The translations under genes were made by a program, and so were the position numbers. The notes beneath the pieces are model-generated. The model was given only the letters and a program-made list of their open reading frames with translations. It searched no databases and was not told the DNA's origin. From contig CM075990.1 in assembly GCA_038087875.1 (NCBI GenBank), forward strand, positions 18,416,001-18,480,000: a stretch of 64,000 nt of DNA, given 5' to 3'. Below are positions 48,101-60,100 of the stretch, piece by piece (within the stretch, counting starts at the first letter, position 1; every line of letters starts with the position of its first letter). This DNA is from Malacoraja senta (Eukaryota).

Positions 48101-50500
48101 TCGTCGTCGTCTTCGTCGTCGTCGTCTTCGTCGTCGTCTTCTTCGTCGTCGTCTTCGTCGTCGTCGTCTTCGTCGTCGTCTTCTTCGTCGTCGTCTTCTT
48201 CGTTGTCGTCGGCTTTGTCGTCGTCGTCTTCGTCGTCGTCTTCTTCGTCGTCGTCGTCTTCGTCGGCGGCGGCTTCGTCGTCATCTTCGTCGTCGTCTTC
48301 TTCGTCGTCGTCTTCTTCGTCGTCGTCTTCTTCGTCGTCGTCTTGTTCGTCGTCGTCTTCCTCGTCGTCGTCTTCTTCGTCGTCGTCTTCTTCGTCGTCG
48401 TCTTCTTCATCGTCGTCTTCTTCGTCGTCGTCTTCTTCGTCGTCGTCTTCTTCGTCGTCGTCTTCTTCGTCGTCGTCTTCTTCGTCGTCTTCTTCGTCGT
48501 CGTCTTCTTCGTCGTTGTCTTCTTCGTCGTCTTCTTCTTCGTCGTCGTCTTCTTCGTCGTCGTCTTCTTCGTCGTCGTCTTCTTCGTCGTCGACTTCTTC
48601 GTCGTCGTCTTCTTCGTCGTCGTCTTCTTCGTCGTCGTCTTCTTCGTCGTCGTCTTCTTCGTCGTCGTCGTCTTCATCGTCGTCTTCTTCGTCGTCGTCG
48701 TCTTCGTCGTCATCATCTTCGTCGTCGTCGTCTTCGTCGTCGTCGTCTTCGTCGTCGTCTTCTTCGTCGTCGTCGTCTTTGTCATCGTCGTCTTCGTCGT
48801 CGTCTTCTTCGTCGTCGTCATCTTCGTCGTCGTCGACTTCGTCGTCGTCTTCTTCGTCGTCGTCTTCTTCATCGTTGTCTTCTTCGTCGTCGACTTCTTC
48901 GTCGTCGTCTTCTTCGTCGTCGTCTTCTTTGTCGTCGTCTTCTTCGTCGTCGTCTTCTTCGTCGTCATCGTCTTCGTCGTCATCGTCTTCGTCGTCGTCT
49001 TCATCGTCGTCGTCTTCTTCGTCGTCGTCTTCTTCGTCGTCGTCTTCTTCGTCGTCGTCTTCTTCGTCGTCGTCTTCTTCGTCGTCGTCTCCTTCGTCGT
49101 CGTCTTCTTCGTCGTCGTCTCCTTCGTCGTCGTCTTCTTCGTCGTCGTCTCCTTCGTCGTCGTCTTCTTCGTCGTCGTCGTCTTCGTCGTCGTCTTCTTC
49201 GTCGTCGTCTCCTTCGTCGTCGTCTTCTTCGTCGTCGTCTCCTTCGTCGTCGTCGTCTTCGTCGTCGTCGTCTTCGTCGTCGTCTTCTTCGTCATCGTCG
49301 TCTTCGTCGTCGTCGTCTTCGTCAGCGTCTTCTTCGTCGTCGTCGTCTTCGTCGTCTTCGTCTTCGTTGTCGTCTTCTTCATCGTCGTCGTCTTCGTCGG
49401 CGTCGTCTTCGTCGTCGTCTTCGTCGTCGTCTTCTTCGTCGTCGTCATCTTCCTCGTCGTCGTCTTCGTCGTCGTCTTCTTCGTCGTCGTCGTCTTCGTC
49501 GTCGTCGTCTTCGTCGTCATCGTCTTCGTCGTCGTCTTCGTCGTCGTCGTCTTCGTCATCGTCTTCTTCGTCGTCGTCTTCTTCGTCGTCGTATTCTTCG
49601 TCGTCGTCTTCTTCGTCGTCGTCTTCTTCGTCGTCGTCTTCTTCGTCGTCGTCTTCTTCGTCGTCGTCTTCTTCGTCGTCGTCTTCTTCGTCGTCGTCTT
49701 CTTCGTCGTCGTCTTCTTCGTCGTCTTCGTCTTCGTCGTCATCGTCTTCGTCGTCGTCTTCATCGTCGTCGTCTTCTTCGTCGTCGTCTTCTTCATCGTC
49801 GTCTTCTTCGTCGTCGTCTTCTTCGTCGTCGTCTTCTTCGTCGTCGTCTCCTTCGTCGTCGTCTTCTTCGTCGTCGTCTCCTTCGTCGTCGTCTTCTTCG
49901 TCGTCGTCTCCTTCGTCGTCGTCTTCTTCGTCGTCGTCGTCTTCGTCGTCGTCTTCTTCGTCGTCGTCTCCTTCGTCGTCGTCGTATTCGTCGTCGTCGT
50001 CTTCGTCGTCGTCTTCTTCGTCGTCGTCGTCTTCGTCGTCGTCGTCTTCGTCAGCGTCTTCTTCGTCGTCGTCGTCTTCGTCGTCTTCGTCTTCGTCGTC
50101 GTCTTCTTCATCGTCGTCGTCTTCGTCGGCGTCGTCTTCGTCGTCGTCTTCGTCGTCGTCTTCTTCGTCGTCGTCGTCTTCGTCGTCGTCGTCTTCGTCG
50201 TCGTCTTCTTCGTCGTCGTCGTCTTCGTCATCGTCGTCTTCGTCGTCGTCGTCTTCGTCGTCGTCTTCGTCGTCGTCGTCTTCGTCATCGTCTTCTTCGT
50301 CGTCGTCTTCTTCGTCGTCGTATTCTTCGTCGTCGTCTTCTTCGTCGTCGTCTTCTTCGTCGTCGTCTTCTTCGTCGTCGTCTTCTTCGTCGTCGTCTTC
50401 TTCGTCGTCGTCTTCTTCGCCGTCGTCTTCTTCGCCGTCGTCTTCTTCGCCGTCGTCTTCTTCGTCGTCGTCTTCTTCGTCGTCGTCTTCTTCGTCGTCG
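36200..50500. repeat. Satellite sub-domain, variant family X (second block)
   Basis: TCAGCG (36460, 38704, 40393, 43513, ~44332, ~46219, 49325, ~50054), GCGGCGGCT (37300, 41701, 42454, 47497, 48266), TCTCCT series and CCG triplets. Confidence 0.7.
37575..40810. repeat. Tandem duplication, 1689-bp period
   Basis: Marker pairs 37627/39316 (ACT) and 38704/40393 (GCG) are offset by 1689, with matching intervening variants. Confidence 0.88.
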
Positions 50501-51100
50501 TCTTCTTCGTCGTCGTCTTCTTCGTCGTCGTCTTCTTCGTCGTCGTCTTCTTCGTCGTCGTCTTCTTCGTCGTCGTCTTCTTCGTCGTCGTCTTCTTCGT
50601 CGTCGTCGTCTTCGTCGTCGTCTTCTTCGTCGTCGTCGTCTTCTTCGTCGTCGTCGTCTTTGTCGTCGTCTTCTTCGTCGTCGTCGTCGTCGTCATCTTC
50701 TTCGTCGTCGTTGTCTTTGTCGTCGTCGTCTTCGTCGTCTTCTTCTTCGTCGTCGTCTTCTTCGTCGTCGTCTTCTTCGTCGTCATCTTCTTCATCGTCG
50801 TCGTCTTCGTCGTCGTCTTCGTCGTCGTTGTCGTCATCGTCGTCGTCTTCATCGTCGTCTTCTTCGTCGTCGTCGTCTTCGTCGTCGTCGTCTTCGTCGT
50901 CGTCTTCTTCATCGTCGTCTTCTTCGTCGTCGTCGTCTTCGTCGTCGTCGTCTTCGTCGTCGTCTTCTTCGTCGTCGTCGTCTTCGTCGTTGTCGTCTTC
51001 GTCGTCGTCTTCTTCGTCGTCGTCGTCTTCGTCGTCGTCTTCGTCGTAGTCGTCTTCGTCGTCGCCTTCTTCGTCGTCGTCTTCTTCGTCGTCGTCTTCT
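40000..51100. repeat. Tandem duplication, ~5.7-5.8 kb period
   Basis: Marker pairs 41701/47497, 42454/48266, 43513/49325 and 45354/51049 occur in the same order with offsets 5695-5812. Confidence 0.85.
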
Positions 51101-54100
51101 TCGTCGTCGTCTTCTTCGTCGTCGTCTTCTTCGTCGTCGTCTTCTTCGTCGTCGTCTTCTTCGTCGTCGTCTTCTTCGTCGTCGTCTTCTTCGTCGTCGT
51201 CTTCTTCGTCGTCGTCTTCTTCGTCGTCGTCTTCTTCGTCGTCGTCTTCTTCGTCGTCGTCTTCTTCGTCGTCGTCTTCTTCATCGTCGTCTTCATCGTC
51301 GTTGTCTTCTTCGTCGTCTTCTTCGTCGTCGTCTTCTTCGTCGTCGACTTCTTCGTCGTCGTCTTGTTCGTCGTCGTCTTGTTCGTCGTCGTCTTCTTCG
51401 TCGTCGTCTTCTTCGTCGTCGTCGTCTTCGTCGTCGTCGTCTTCGTCGTCGTCTTCATCGTCGTCGTCTTCTTCGTCGACGTCTTCTTCGTCGTCGTCTT
51501 CGTCGTCGTCGTCTTCGTCGTCGTCGTCTTCGTCGTCGTCGTCGTCGTCTTCGTCGTCGTCGTCTTCGTCGTCGTCTTCGTCGTCGTCGTCTTCGTCGTC
51601 GTCGTCTTCGTCGTCGTCTTCGTCGTCGTCGTCTTCGTCGTCGTCGTCTTCGTCGTCGTCTTCTTCGTCGTCGTCTTCTTCGTCGTCGTCGTCTTCATCG
51701 TCGTCGTCTTCGTCGTCATCTTCTTCGTCGTCGTCTTCTTCGTCGTCGTCTTCTTCGTCGTCGTCTTCTTCGTCGTCGTCTTCTTCGTCGTCGTCTTCTT
51801 CGTCGTCGTCTTCTTCGTCGTCGTCGTCTTCGTCGTCGTCTTCTTCGTCGTCGTCTTCTTCGTCGTCGTCTTCTTCGTCGTCGTCTTCTTCGTCGTCGTC
51901 TTCATCGTCATCGTCTTCTTCGTCGTCTTCTTCGTCGTCGTCTTCTTCGTCGTCGACTTCTTCGTCGTCGTCTTCTTCGTCGTCGTCTTCTTCGTCGTCG
52001 TCTTCTTCGTCGTCGTCTTCTTCGTCGTCGTCGTCTTCGTCGTCATCGTCTTCGTCGTCGTCTTCATCGTCGTCGTCTTCTTCGTCGTCGTCTTCTTCGT
52101 CGTCGTCTTCGTCGTCATCTTCGTCGTCGTCGTCTTCGTCGTCGTCGTCTTCGTCGTCGTCGTCTTCGTCGTCGTCGTCTTCGTCGTCGTCGTCTTCGTC
52201 GTCGTCGTCTTCGTCGTCGTCGTCTTCGTCGTCGTCTTCTTCGTCGTCGTCGTCTTCGTCGTCGTCGTCTTCGTCGTCGTCGTCTTCGTCGTCGTCTTCT
52301 TCGTCGTCGTCTTCTTCGTCGTCGTCTTCTTCGTCGTCGTCTTCTTCGTCGTCGTCTTCTTCGTCGTCGTCTTCTTCGTCGTCGTCTTCTTCGTCGTCGT
52401 CTTCTTCGTCGTCGTCGTCTTCGTCGTCGTCTTCTTCGTCGTCGTCGTCTTCGTCGTCGTCTTCGTCGTCGTCCTCTTCGTCGTCGTCCTCTTCGTCGTC
52501 GTCCTCTTCGTCGTCGTCACCTTCGTCGTCGTCGTCTTCGTCGTCGTCGTCTTCGTCGTCGTCTTCTTCGTCGTCGTCGTCTTCGTCGTCGTCGTCTTTG
52601 TCGTCGTCTTCTTCGTCGTCGTCGTCTTCGTCGTCGTCGTCTTCGTCGTCGTCTTCTTCGTCGTCGTCGTCTTCGTCGTCGTCTTCGTCGTTGTCTTCGT
52701 CGTCGTCTTCTTCGTCGTCGTCGTCTTCGTCGTCGTCTTCGTCGTCGTCGTCTTCGTCGTCGTCTTCGTCGTTGTCTTCTTCGTCGTCGTCTACTTCGTC
52801 GTCGTCTTCTTCGTCGTCGTCTTCTTCGTCGTCGTCTTCTTCGTCGTCGTCTTCTTCGTCGTCGTCTTCTTCGTCGACGTCTTCTTCGTCGTCGTCTTCG
52901 TCGTCGTCTTCTTCTTCGTCGTCTTCTTCGTCGTCGTCTTCTTCGTCGTCGTCTTATTCGTCGTCGTCTTCTTCGTCGTCGTCTTCTTCGTCGTCGTCTT
53001 CTTCGTCGTCGTCTTCTTCGTCGTCGTCTTCTTCGTCGTCGTCTTCTTCGTCGTCGTCTTCTTCGTCGTCGTCTTCTTCGTCGTCGACTTCTTCGTCGTC
53101 GTCTTCTTCGTCGTCGTCTTCTTCGTCGTCGTCTTCTTCGTCGTCGTCTTCTTCGTCGTCGTCGTCTTCGTCGTCGTCGTCTTCGTCGTCAACTTCATCG
53201 TCGTCGTCTTCTTCGTCGTCGTCTTCTTCGTCGTCGTCTTCTTCGTCGTCGTCTTCTTCGTCGTCGTCGTCTTTGTCGTCGTCTTCTTCGTCGTCGTCGT
53301 CGTCGTCATCTTCTTCGTCGTCGTTTTCTTTGTCGTCGTCGTCTTCGTCGTCTTCTTCTTCGTCGTCGTCTTCTTCGTCGTCGTCTTCTTCGTCGTCGTC
53401 TTCTTCATCGGCGTCGTCTTCGTCGTCGTCTTCGTCGTCGTCTTCGTCATCGTTGTCTTCGTCGTCGTCGTCTTTGTCGTCGTCTTCTTCGTCGTCGTCG
53501 TCTTCGTCGTCGTCGTCTTCGTCGTCGTCTTCTTCGTCGTCGTCGTCTTCGTCGTAGTCGTCTTCGTCGTCGTCTTCTTCGTCGTCGTCGACTTCGTCAT
53601 CGTCTTCGTCGTCGTCTTCTTCGTCGTCGTCGTCTTCGTCGTCGTCGTCTTCGTCGTCGTCTTCGTCGTAGTCGTCTTCGTCGTCGCCTTCTTCGTCGTC
53701 GTCTTCTTCGTCGTCGTCTTCTTCGTCGTCGTCTTCTTCGTCGTCGTCTTCTTCGTCGTCGTCTTCTTCGTCGTCGTCTTCTTCGTCGTCGTCTTCTTCG
53801 TCGTCGTCTTCTTCGTCGTCGTCTTCTTCGTCGTCGTCTTCTTCGTCGTCGTCTTCTTCGTCGTCGTCTTCTTCGTCGTCGTCTTCTTCGTCGTCGTCTT
53901 CTTCGTCGTCGTCTTCTTCGTCGTCGTCTTCATCGTCGTTGTCTTCTTCGTCGTCTTCTTCGTCGTCGTCTTCTTCGTCGTCGACTTCTTCGTCGTCGTC
54001 TTGTTCGTCGTCGTCTTGTTCGTCGTCGTCTTCTTCGTCGTCGTCTTCTTCGTCGTCGTCGTCTTCGTCGTCGTCGTCTTCGTCGTCGTCTTCATCGTCG

Positions 54101-57100
54101 TCGTCTTCTTCGTCATCGTCTTCTTCGTCGTCGTCTTCGTCGTCGTCGTCTTCGTCGTCGTCGTCTTCGTCGTCGTCGTCGTCGTCTTCGTCGTCGTCGT
54201 CTTCGTCGTCGTCTTCGTCGTCGTCGTCTTCGTCGTCGTCGTCTTCGTCGTCGTCATCTTCGTCGTCGTCGTCTTCGTCGTCGTCGTCTTCGTCGTCGTC
54301 TTCTTCGTCGTCGTCTTCTTCGTCGTCGTCGTCTTCGTCGTCGTCGTCTTCGTCGTCGTCTTCTTCGTCGTCGTCTTCTTCGTCGTCGTCTTCTTCGTCG
54401 TCGTCTTCTTCGTCGTCGTCTTCTTCGTCGTCGTCTTCTTCGTCGTCGTCTTCTTCGTCGTCGTCTTCTTCGTCGTCGTCTTCTTCGTCGTCGTCGTCTT
54501 CGTCGTCGTCTTCTTCGTCGTCGTCTTCTTCGTCGTCGTCTTCTTCGTCGTCCTCTTCTTCGTCGTCGTCTTCATCGTCGTCGTCTTCTTCGTCGTCTTC
54601 TTCGTCGTCGTCTTCTTCGTCGTCGACTTCTTCGTCGTCGTCTTCTTCGTCGTCGTCTTCTTCGTCGTCGTCTTCTTCGTCGTCGTCTTCTTCGTCGTCG
54701 TCGTCTTTGTCGTCGTCGTCTTCGTCGTCGTCTTCATCGTCGTCGTCTTCTTCGTCGTCGTCTTCTTCGTCGTCGTCTTCGTCGTCATCTTCGTCGTCGT
54801 CGTCTTCGTCGTCGTCGTCTTCGTCGTCGTCGTCTTCGTCGTCGTCGTCTTCGTCGTCGTCGTCTTCGTCGTCGTCGTCTTCGTCGTCGTCTTCTTCGTC
54901 GTCGTCGTCTTCGTCGTCGTCGTCTTCGTCGTCGTCGTCTTCGTCGTCGTCTTCTTCGTCGTCGTCTTCTTCGTCGTCGTCTTCTTCGTCGTCGTCTTCT
55001 TCGTCGTCGTCTTCTTCGTCGTCGTCTTCTTCGTCGTCGTCTTCTTCGTCGTCGTCTTCTTCGTCGTCGTCGTCTTCGTCGTCGTCTTCTTCGTCGTCGT
55101 CGTCTTCGTCGTCGTCTTCGTCGTCGTCCTCTTCGTCGTCGTCGCCTTCGTCGTCGTCTTCTTCGTCGTCGTCTTCTTCGTCGTCGTCTTCTTCGTCGTC
55201 GTCTTCTTCGTCGTCGTCGTCTTCGTCGTCGTCGTCTTCGTCGTCAACTTCATCGTCGTCGTCTTCTTCGTCGTCGTCTTCTTCGTCGTCGTCTTCTTCT
55301 TCGTCGTCGTCTTCTTCGTCGTCATCGTCTTTGTCGTCGTCTTCTTCGTCGTCGTCGTCGTCGTCATCTTCTTCGTCGTCGTTTTCTTTGTCGTCGTCGT
55401 CTTCGTCGTCTTCTTCTTCGTCGTCGTCTTCTTCGTCGTCGTCTTCTTCGTCGTCGTCTTCTTCATCGGCGTCGTCTTCGTCGTCGTCTTCGTCGTCGTC
55501 TTCGTCGTCGTTGTCTTCGTCGTCGTCGTCTTCGTCGTCGTCTTCTTCGTCGTCGTCGTCTTCGTCGTCGTCGTCTTCGTCGTCGTCTTCTTCGTCGTCG
55601 TCGTCTTCGTCGTAGTCGTCTTCGTCGTCGTCTTCTTCGTCGTCGTCGTCTTCGTCATCGTCTTCGTCGTCGTCTTCTTCGTCGTCGTCGTCTTCGTCGT
55701 CGTCGTCTTCGTCGTCGTCTTCGTCGTAGTCGTCTTCGTCGTCGCCTTCTTCGTCGTCGTCTTCTTCGTCGTCGTCTTCTTCGTCGTCGTCTTCTTCGTC
55801 GTCGTCTTCTTCGTCGTCGTCTTCTTCGTCGTCGTCTTCTTCGTCGTCGTCTTCTTCGTCGTCGTCTTCTTCGTCGTCGTCTTCTTCGTCGTCGTCTTCT
55901 TCGTCGTCGTCTTCTTCGTCGTCGTCTTCTTCGTCGTCGTCTTCTTCGTCGTCGTCTTCTTCGTCGTCGTCTTCTTCGTCGTCGTCTTCATCGTCGTCGT
56001 CTTCTTCGTCGTCTTCTTCGTCGTCGTCTTCTTCGTCGTCGACTTCTTCGTCGTCGTCTTGTTCGTCGTCGTCTTGTTCGTCGTCGTCTTCTTCGTCGTC
56101 GTCTTCTTCGTCGTCGTCGTCTTCGTCGTCGTCGTCTTCGTCGTCGTCTTCATCGTCGTCGTCTTCTTCGTCATCGTCTTCTTCGTCGTCGTCTTCGTCG
56201 TCGTCGTCTTCGTCGTCGTCGTCTTCGTCGTCGTCGTCGTCGTCTTCGTCGTCGTCGTCTTCGTCGTCGTCTTCGTCGTCGTCGTCTTCGTCGTCGTCGT
56301 CTTCGTCGTCGTCGTCTTCGTCGTCGTCGTCTTCGTCGTCGTCGTCTTCGTCGTCGTCGTCTTCGTCGTCGTCTTCTTCGTCGTCGTCTTCTTCGTCGTC
56401 GTCGTCTTCGTCGTCGTCGTCTTCGTCGTCGTCTTCTTCGTCGTCGTCTTCTTCGTCGTCGTCTTCTTCGTCGTCGTCTTCTTCGTCGTCGTCTTCTTCG
56501 TCGTCGTCTTCTTCGTCGTCGTCTTCTTCGTCGTCGTCTTCTTCGTCGTCGTCGTCTTCGTCGTCGTCTTCTTCGTCGTCGTCTTCTTCGTCGTCGTCTT
56601 CTTCGTCGTCGTCTTCTTCGTCGTCGTCTTCATCGTCGTCGTCTTCTTCGTCGTCTTCTTCGTCGTCGTCTTCTTCGTCGTCGACTTCTTCGTCGTCGTC
56701 TTCTTCGTCGTCGTCTTCTTCGTCGTCGTCTTCTTCGTCGTCGTCTTCTTCGTCGTCGTCGTCTTCGTCGTCGTCGTCTTCGTCGTCGTCTTCATCGTCG
56801 TCGTCTTCTTCGTCGTCGTCTTCTTCGTCATCGTCTTCGTCGTCATCTTCGTCGTCGTCGTCTTCGTCGTCGTCGTCTTCGTCGTCGTCGTCTTCGTCAT
56901 CGTCGTCTTCGTCGTCGTCGTCGTCGTCTTCGTCGTCGTCGTCTTCGTCGTCGTCTTCGTCGTCGTCGTCTTCGTCGTCGTCGTCTTCGTCGTCGTCATC
57001 TTCGTCGTCGTCGTCTTCGTCGTCGTCGTCTTCGTCGTCGTCTTCTTCGTCGTCGTCTTCTTCGTCGTCGTCGTCTTCGTCGTCGTCGTCTTCGTCGTCG

Positions 57101-60100
57101 TCTTCTTCGTCGTCGTCTTCTTCGTCGTCGTCTTCTTCGTCGTCGTCTTCTTCGTCGTCGTCTTCTTCGTCGTCGTCTTCTTCGTCGTCGTCTTCTTCGT
57201 CGTCGTCTTCTTCGTCGTCGTCTTCTTCGTCGTCGTCGTCTTCGTCGTCGTCTTCTTCGTCGTCGTCTTCTTCGTCGTCGTCTTCTTCGTCGTCGTCTTC
57301 TTCGTCGTCGTCTTCATCGTCGTCGTCTTCTTCGTCGTCTTCTTCGTCGTCGTCTTCTTCGTCGTCGACTTCTTCGTCGTCGTCTTCTTCGTCGTCGTCT
57401 TCTTCGTCGTCGTCTTCTTCGTCGTCGTCTTCTTCGTCGTCGTCGTCTTCGTCGTCGTCGTCTTCGTCGTCGTCTTCATCGTCGTCGTCTTCTTCGTCGT
57501 CGTCTTCTTCGTCGTCGTCTTCGTCGTCATCTTCGTCGTCGTCGTCTTCGTCGTCGTCGTCTTCGTCGTCGTCGTCTTCGTCGTCGTCGTCTTCGTCGTC
57601 GTCGTCTTCGTCGTCGTCGTCTTCGTCGTCGTCTTCTTCGTCGTCGTCGTCTTCGTCGTCGTCGTCTTCGTCGTCGTCGTCTTCGTCGTCGTCTTCTTCG
57701 TCGTCGTCTTCTTCGTCGTCGTCTTCTTCGTCGTCGTCTTCTTCGTCGTCGTCTTCTTCGTCGTCGTCTTCTTCGTCGTCGTCTTCTTCGTCGTCGTCTT
57801 CTTCGTCGTCGTCGTCTTCGTCGTCGTCTTCTTCGTCGTCGTCGTCTTCGTCGTCGTCCTCTCGTCGTCGTCGCCTTCGTCGTCGTCTTCTTCGTCGTCG
57901 TCTTCTTCGTCGTCGTCTTCTTCGTCGTCGTCTTCTTCGTCGTCGTCGTCTTCGTCGTCGTCGTCTTCGTCGTCAACTTCATCGTCGTCGTCTTCTTCGT
58001 CGTCGTCTTCTTCGTCGTCGTCTTCTTCGTCGTCGTCTTCTTCGTCGTCATCGTCTTTGTCGTCGTCTTCTTCGTCGTCGTCGTCGTCGTCATCTTCTTC
58101 GTCGTCGTTTTCTTTGTCGTCGTCGTCTTCGTCGTCTTCTTCTTCGTCGTCGTCTTCTTCGTCGTCGTCTTCTTCGTCGTCGTCTTCTTCATCGGCGTCG
58201 TCTTCGTCGTCGTCTTCGTCGTCGTCTTCGTCGTCGTTGTCTTCGTCGTCGTCGTCTTCGTCGTCGTCTTCTTCGTCGTCGTCGTCTTCGTCGTCGTCGT
58301 CTTCGTCGTCGTCTTCTTCGTCGTCGTCGTCTTCGTCGTAGTCGTCTTCGTCGTCGTCTTCTTCGTCGTCGTCGTCTTCGTCATCGTCTTCGTCGTCGTC
58401 TTCTTCGTCGTCGTCGTCTTCGTCGTCGTCGTCTTCGTCGTCGTCTTCGTCGTAGTCGTCTTCGTCGTCGCCTTCTTCGTCGTCGTCTTCTTCGTCGTCG
58501 TCTTCTTCGTCGTCGTCTTCTTCGTCGTCGTCTTCTTCGTCGTCGTCTTCTTCGTCGTCGTCTTCTTCGTCGTCGTCTTCTTCGTCGTCGTCTTCTTCGT
58601 CGTCGTCTTCTTCGTCGTCGTCTTCTTCGTCGTCGTCTTCTTCGTCGTCGTCTTCTTCGTCGTCGTCTTCTTCGTCGTCGTCTTCTTCGTCGTCGTCTTC
58701 TTCGTCGTCGTCTTCATCGTCGTTGTCTTCTTCGTCGTCTTCTTCGTCGTCGTCTTCTTCGTCGTCGACTTCTTCGTCGTCGTCTTGTTCGTCGTCGTCT
58801 TGTTCGTCGTCGTCTTCTTCGTCGTCGTCTTCTTCGTCGTCGTCGTCTTCGTCGTCGTCGTCTTCGTCGTCGTCTTCATCGTCGTCGTCTTCTTCGTCGT
58901 CGTCTTCTTCGTCGTCGTCTTCGTCGTCGTCGTCTTCGTCGTCGTCGTCTTCGTCGTCGTCGTCGTCGTCTTCGTCGTCGTCGTCTTCGTCGTCGTCTTC
59001 GTCGTCGTCGTCTTCGTCGTCGTCGTCTTCGTCGTCGTCGTCTTCGTCGTCGTCGTCTTCGTCGTCGTCGTCTTCGTCGTCGTCGTCTTCGTCGTCGTCT
59101 TCTTCGTCGTCGTCTTCTTCGTCGTCGTCGTCTTCGTCGTCGTCGTCTTCGTCGTCGTCTTCTTCGTCGTCGTCTTCTTCGTCGTCGTCTTCTTCGTCGT
59201 CGTCTTCTTCGTCGTCGTCTTCTTCGTCGTCGTCTTCTTCGTCGTCGTCTTCTTCGTCGTCGTCTTCTTCGTCGTCGTCTTCTTCGTCGTCGTCGTCTTC
59301 GTCGTCGTCTTCTTCGTCGTCGTCTTCTTCGTCGTCGTCTTCTTCGTCGTCGTCTTCTTCGTCGTCGTCTTCATCGTCGTCGTCTTCTTCGTCGTCTTCT
59401 TCGTCGTCGTCTTCTTCGTCGTCGACTTCTTCGTCGTCGTCTTCTTCGTCGTCGTCTTCTTCGTCGTCGTCTTCTTCGTCGTCGTCTTCTTCGTCGTCGT
59501 CGTCTTCGTCGTCGTCGTCTTCGTCGTCGTCTTCATCGTCGTCGTCTTCTTCGTCGTCGTCTTCTTCGTCATCGTCTTCGTCGTCATCTTCGTCGTCGTC
59601 GTCTTCGTCGTCGTCGTCTTCGTCGTCGTCGTCTTCGTCGTCGTCGTCTTCGTCGTCGTCGTCTTCGTCGTCGTCGTCTTCGTCGTCGTCTTCTTCGTCG
59701 TCGTCGTCTTCGTCGTCGTCGTCTTCGTCGTCGTCGTCTTCGTCGTCGTCTTCTTCGTCGTCGTCTTCTTCGTCGTCGTCTTCTTCGTCGTCGTCTTCTT
59801 CGTCGTCGTCTTCTTCGTCGTCGTCTTCTTCGTCGTCGTCTTCTTCGTCGTCGTCTTCTTCGTCGTCGTCGTCTTCGTCGTCGTCTTCTTCGTCGTCGTC
59901 GTCTTCGTCGTCGTCTTCGTCGTCGTCCTCTTCGTCGTCGTCGCCTTCGTCGTCGTCGTCTTCGTCGTCGTCTACTTCGTCGTCGTCTTCTTCGTCGTCG
60001 TCTTCGTCGTCGTCGTCTTAGTCGTCGTCTTCTTCGTCGTCGTCGTCTTCGTCGTCGTCGTCTTCGTCGTCGTCTTCTTCGTCGTCGTCGTCTTCGTCGT

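Noticed and set aside
35169..52520. 5783-aa ORF as an annotated CDS
   Set aside because: It is a chimera of the K/T and D/E frames joined by an indel at ~47602. TAA stops are amplified elsewhere in the same D/E register. Kept only as a low-confidence finding.
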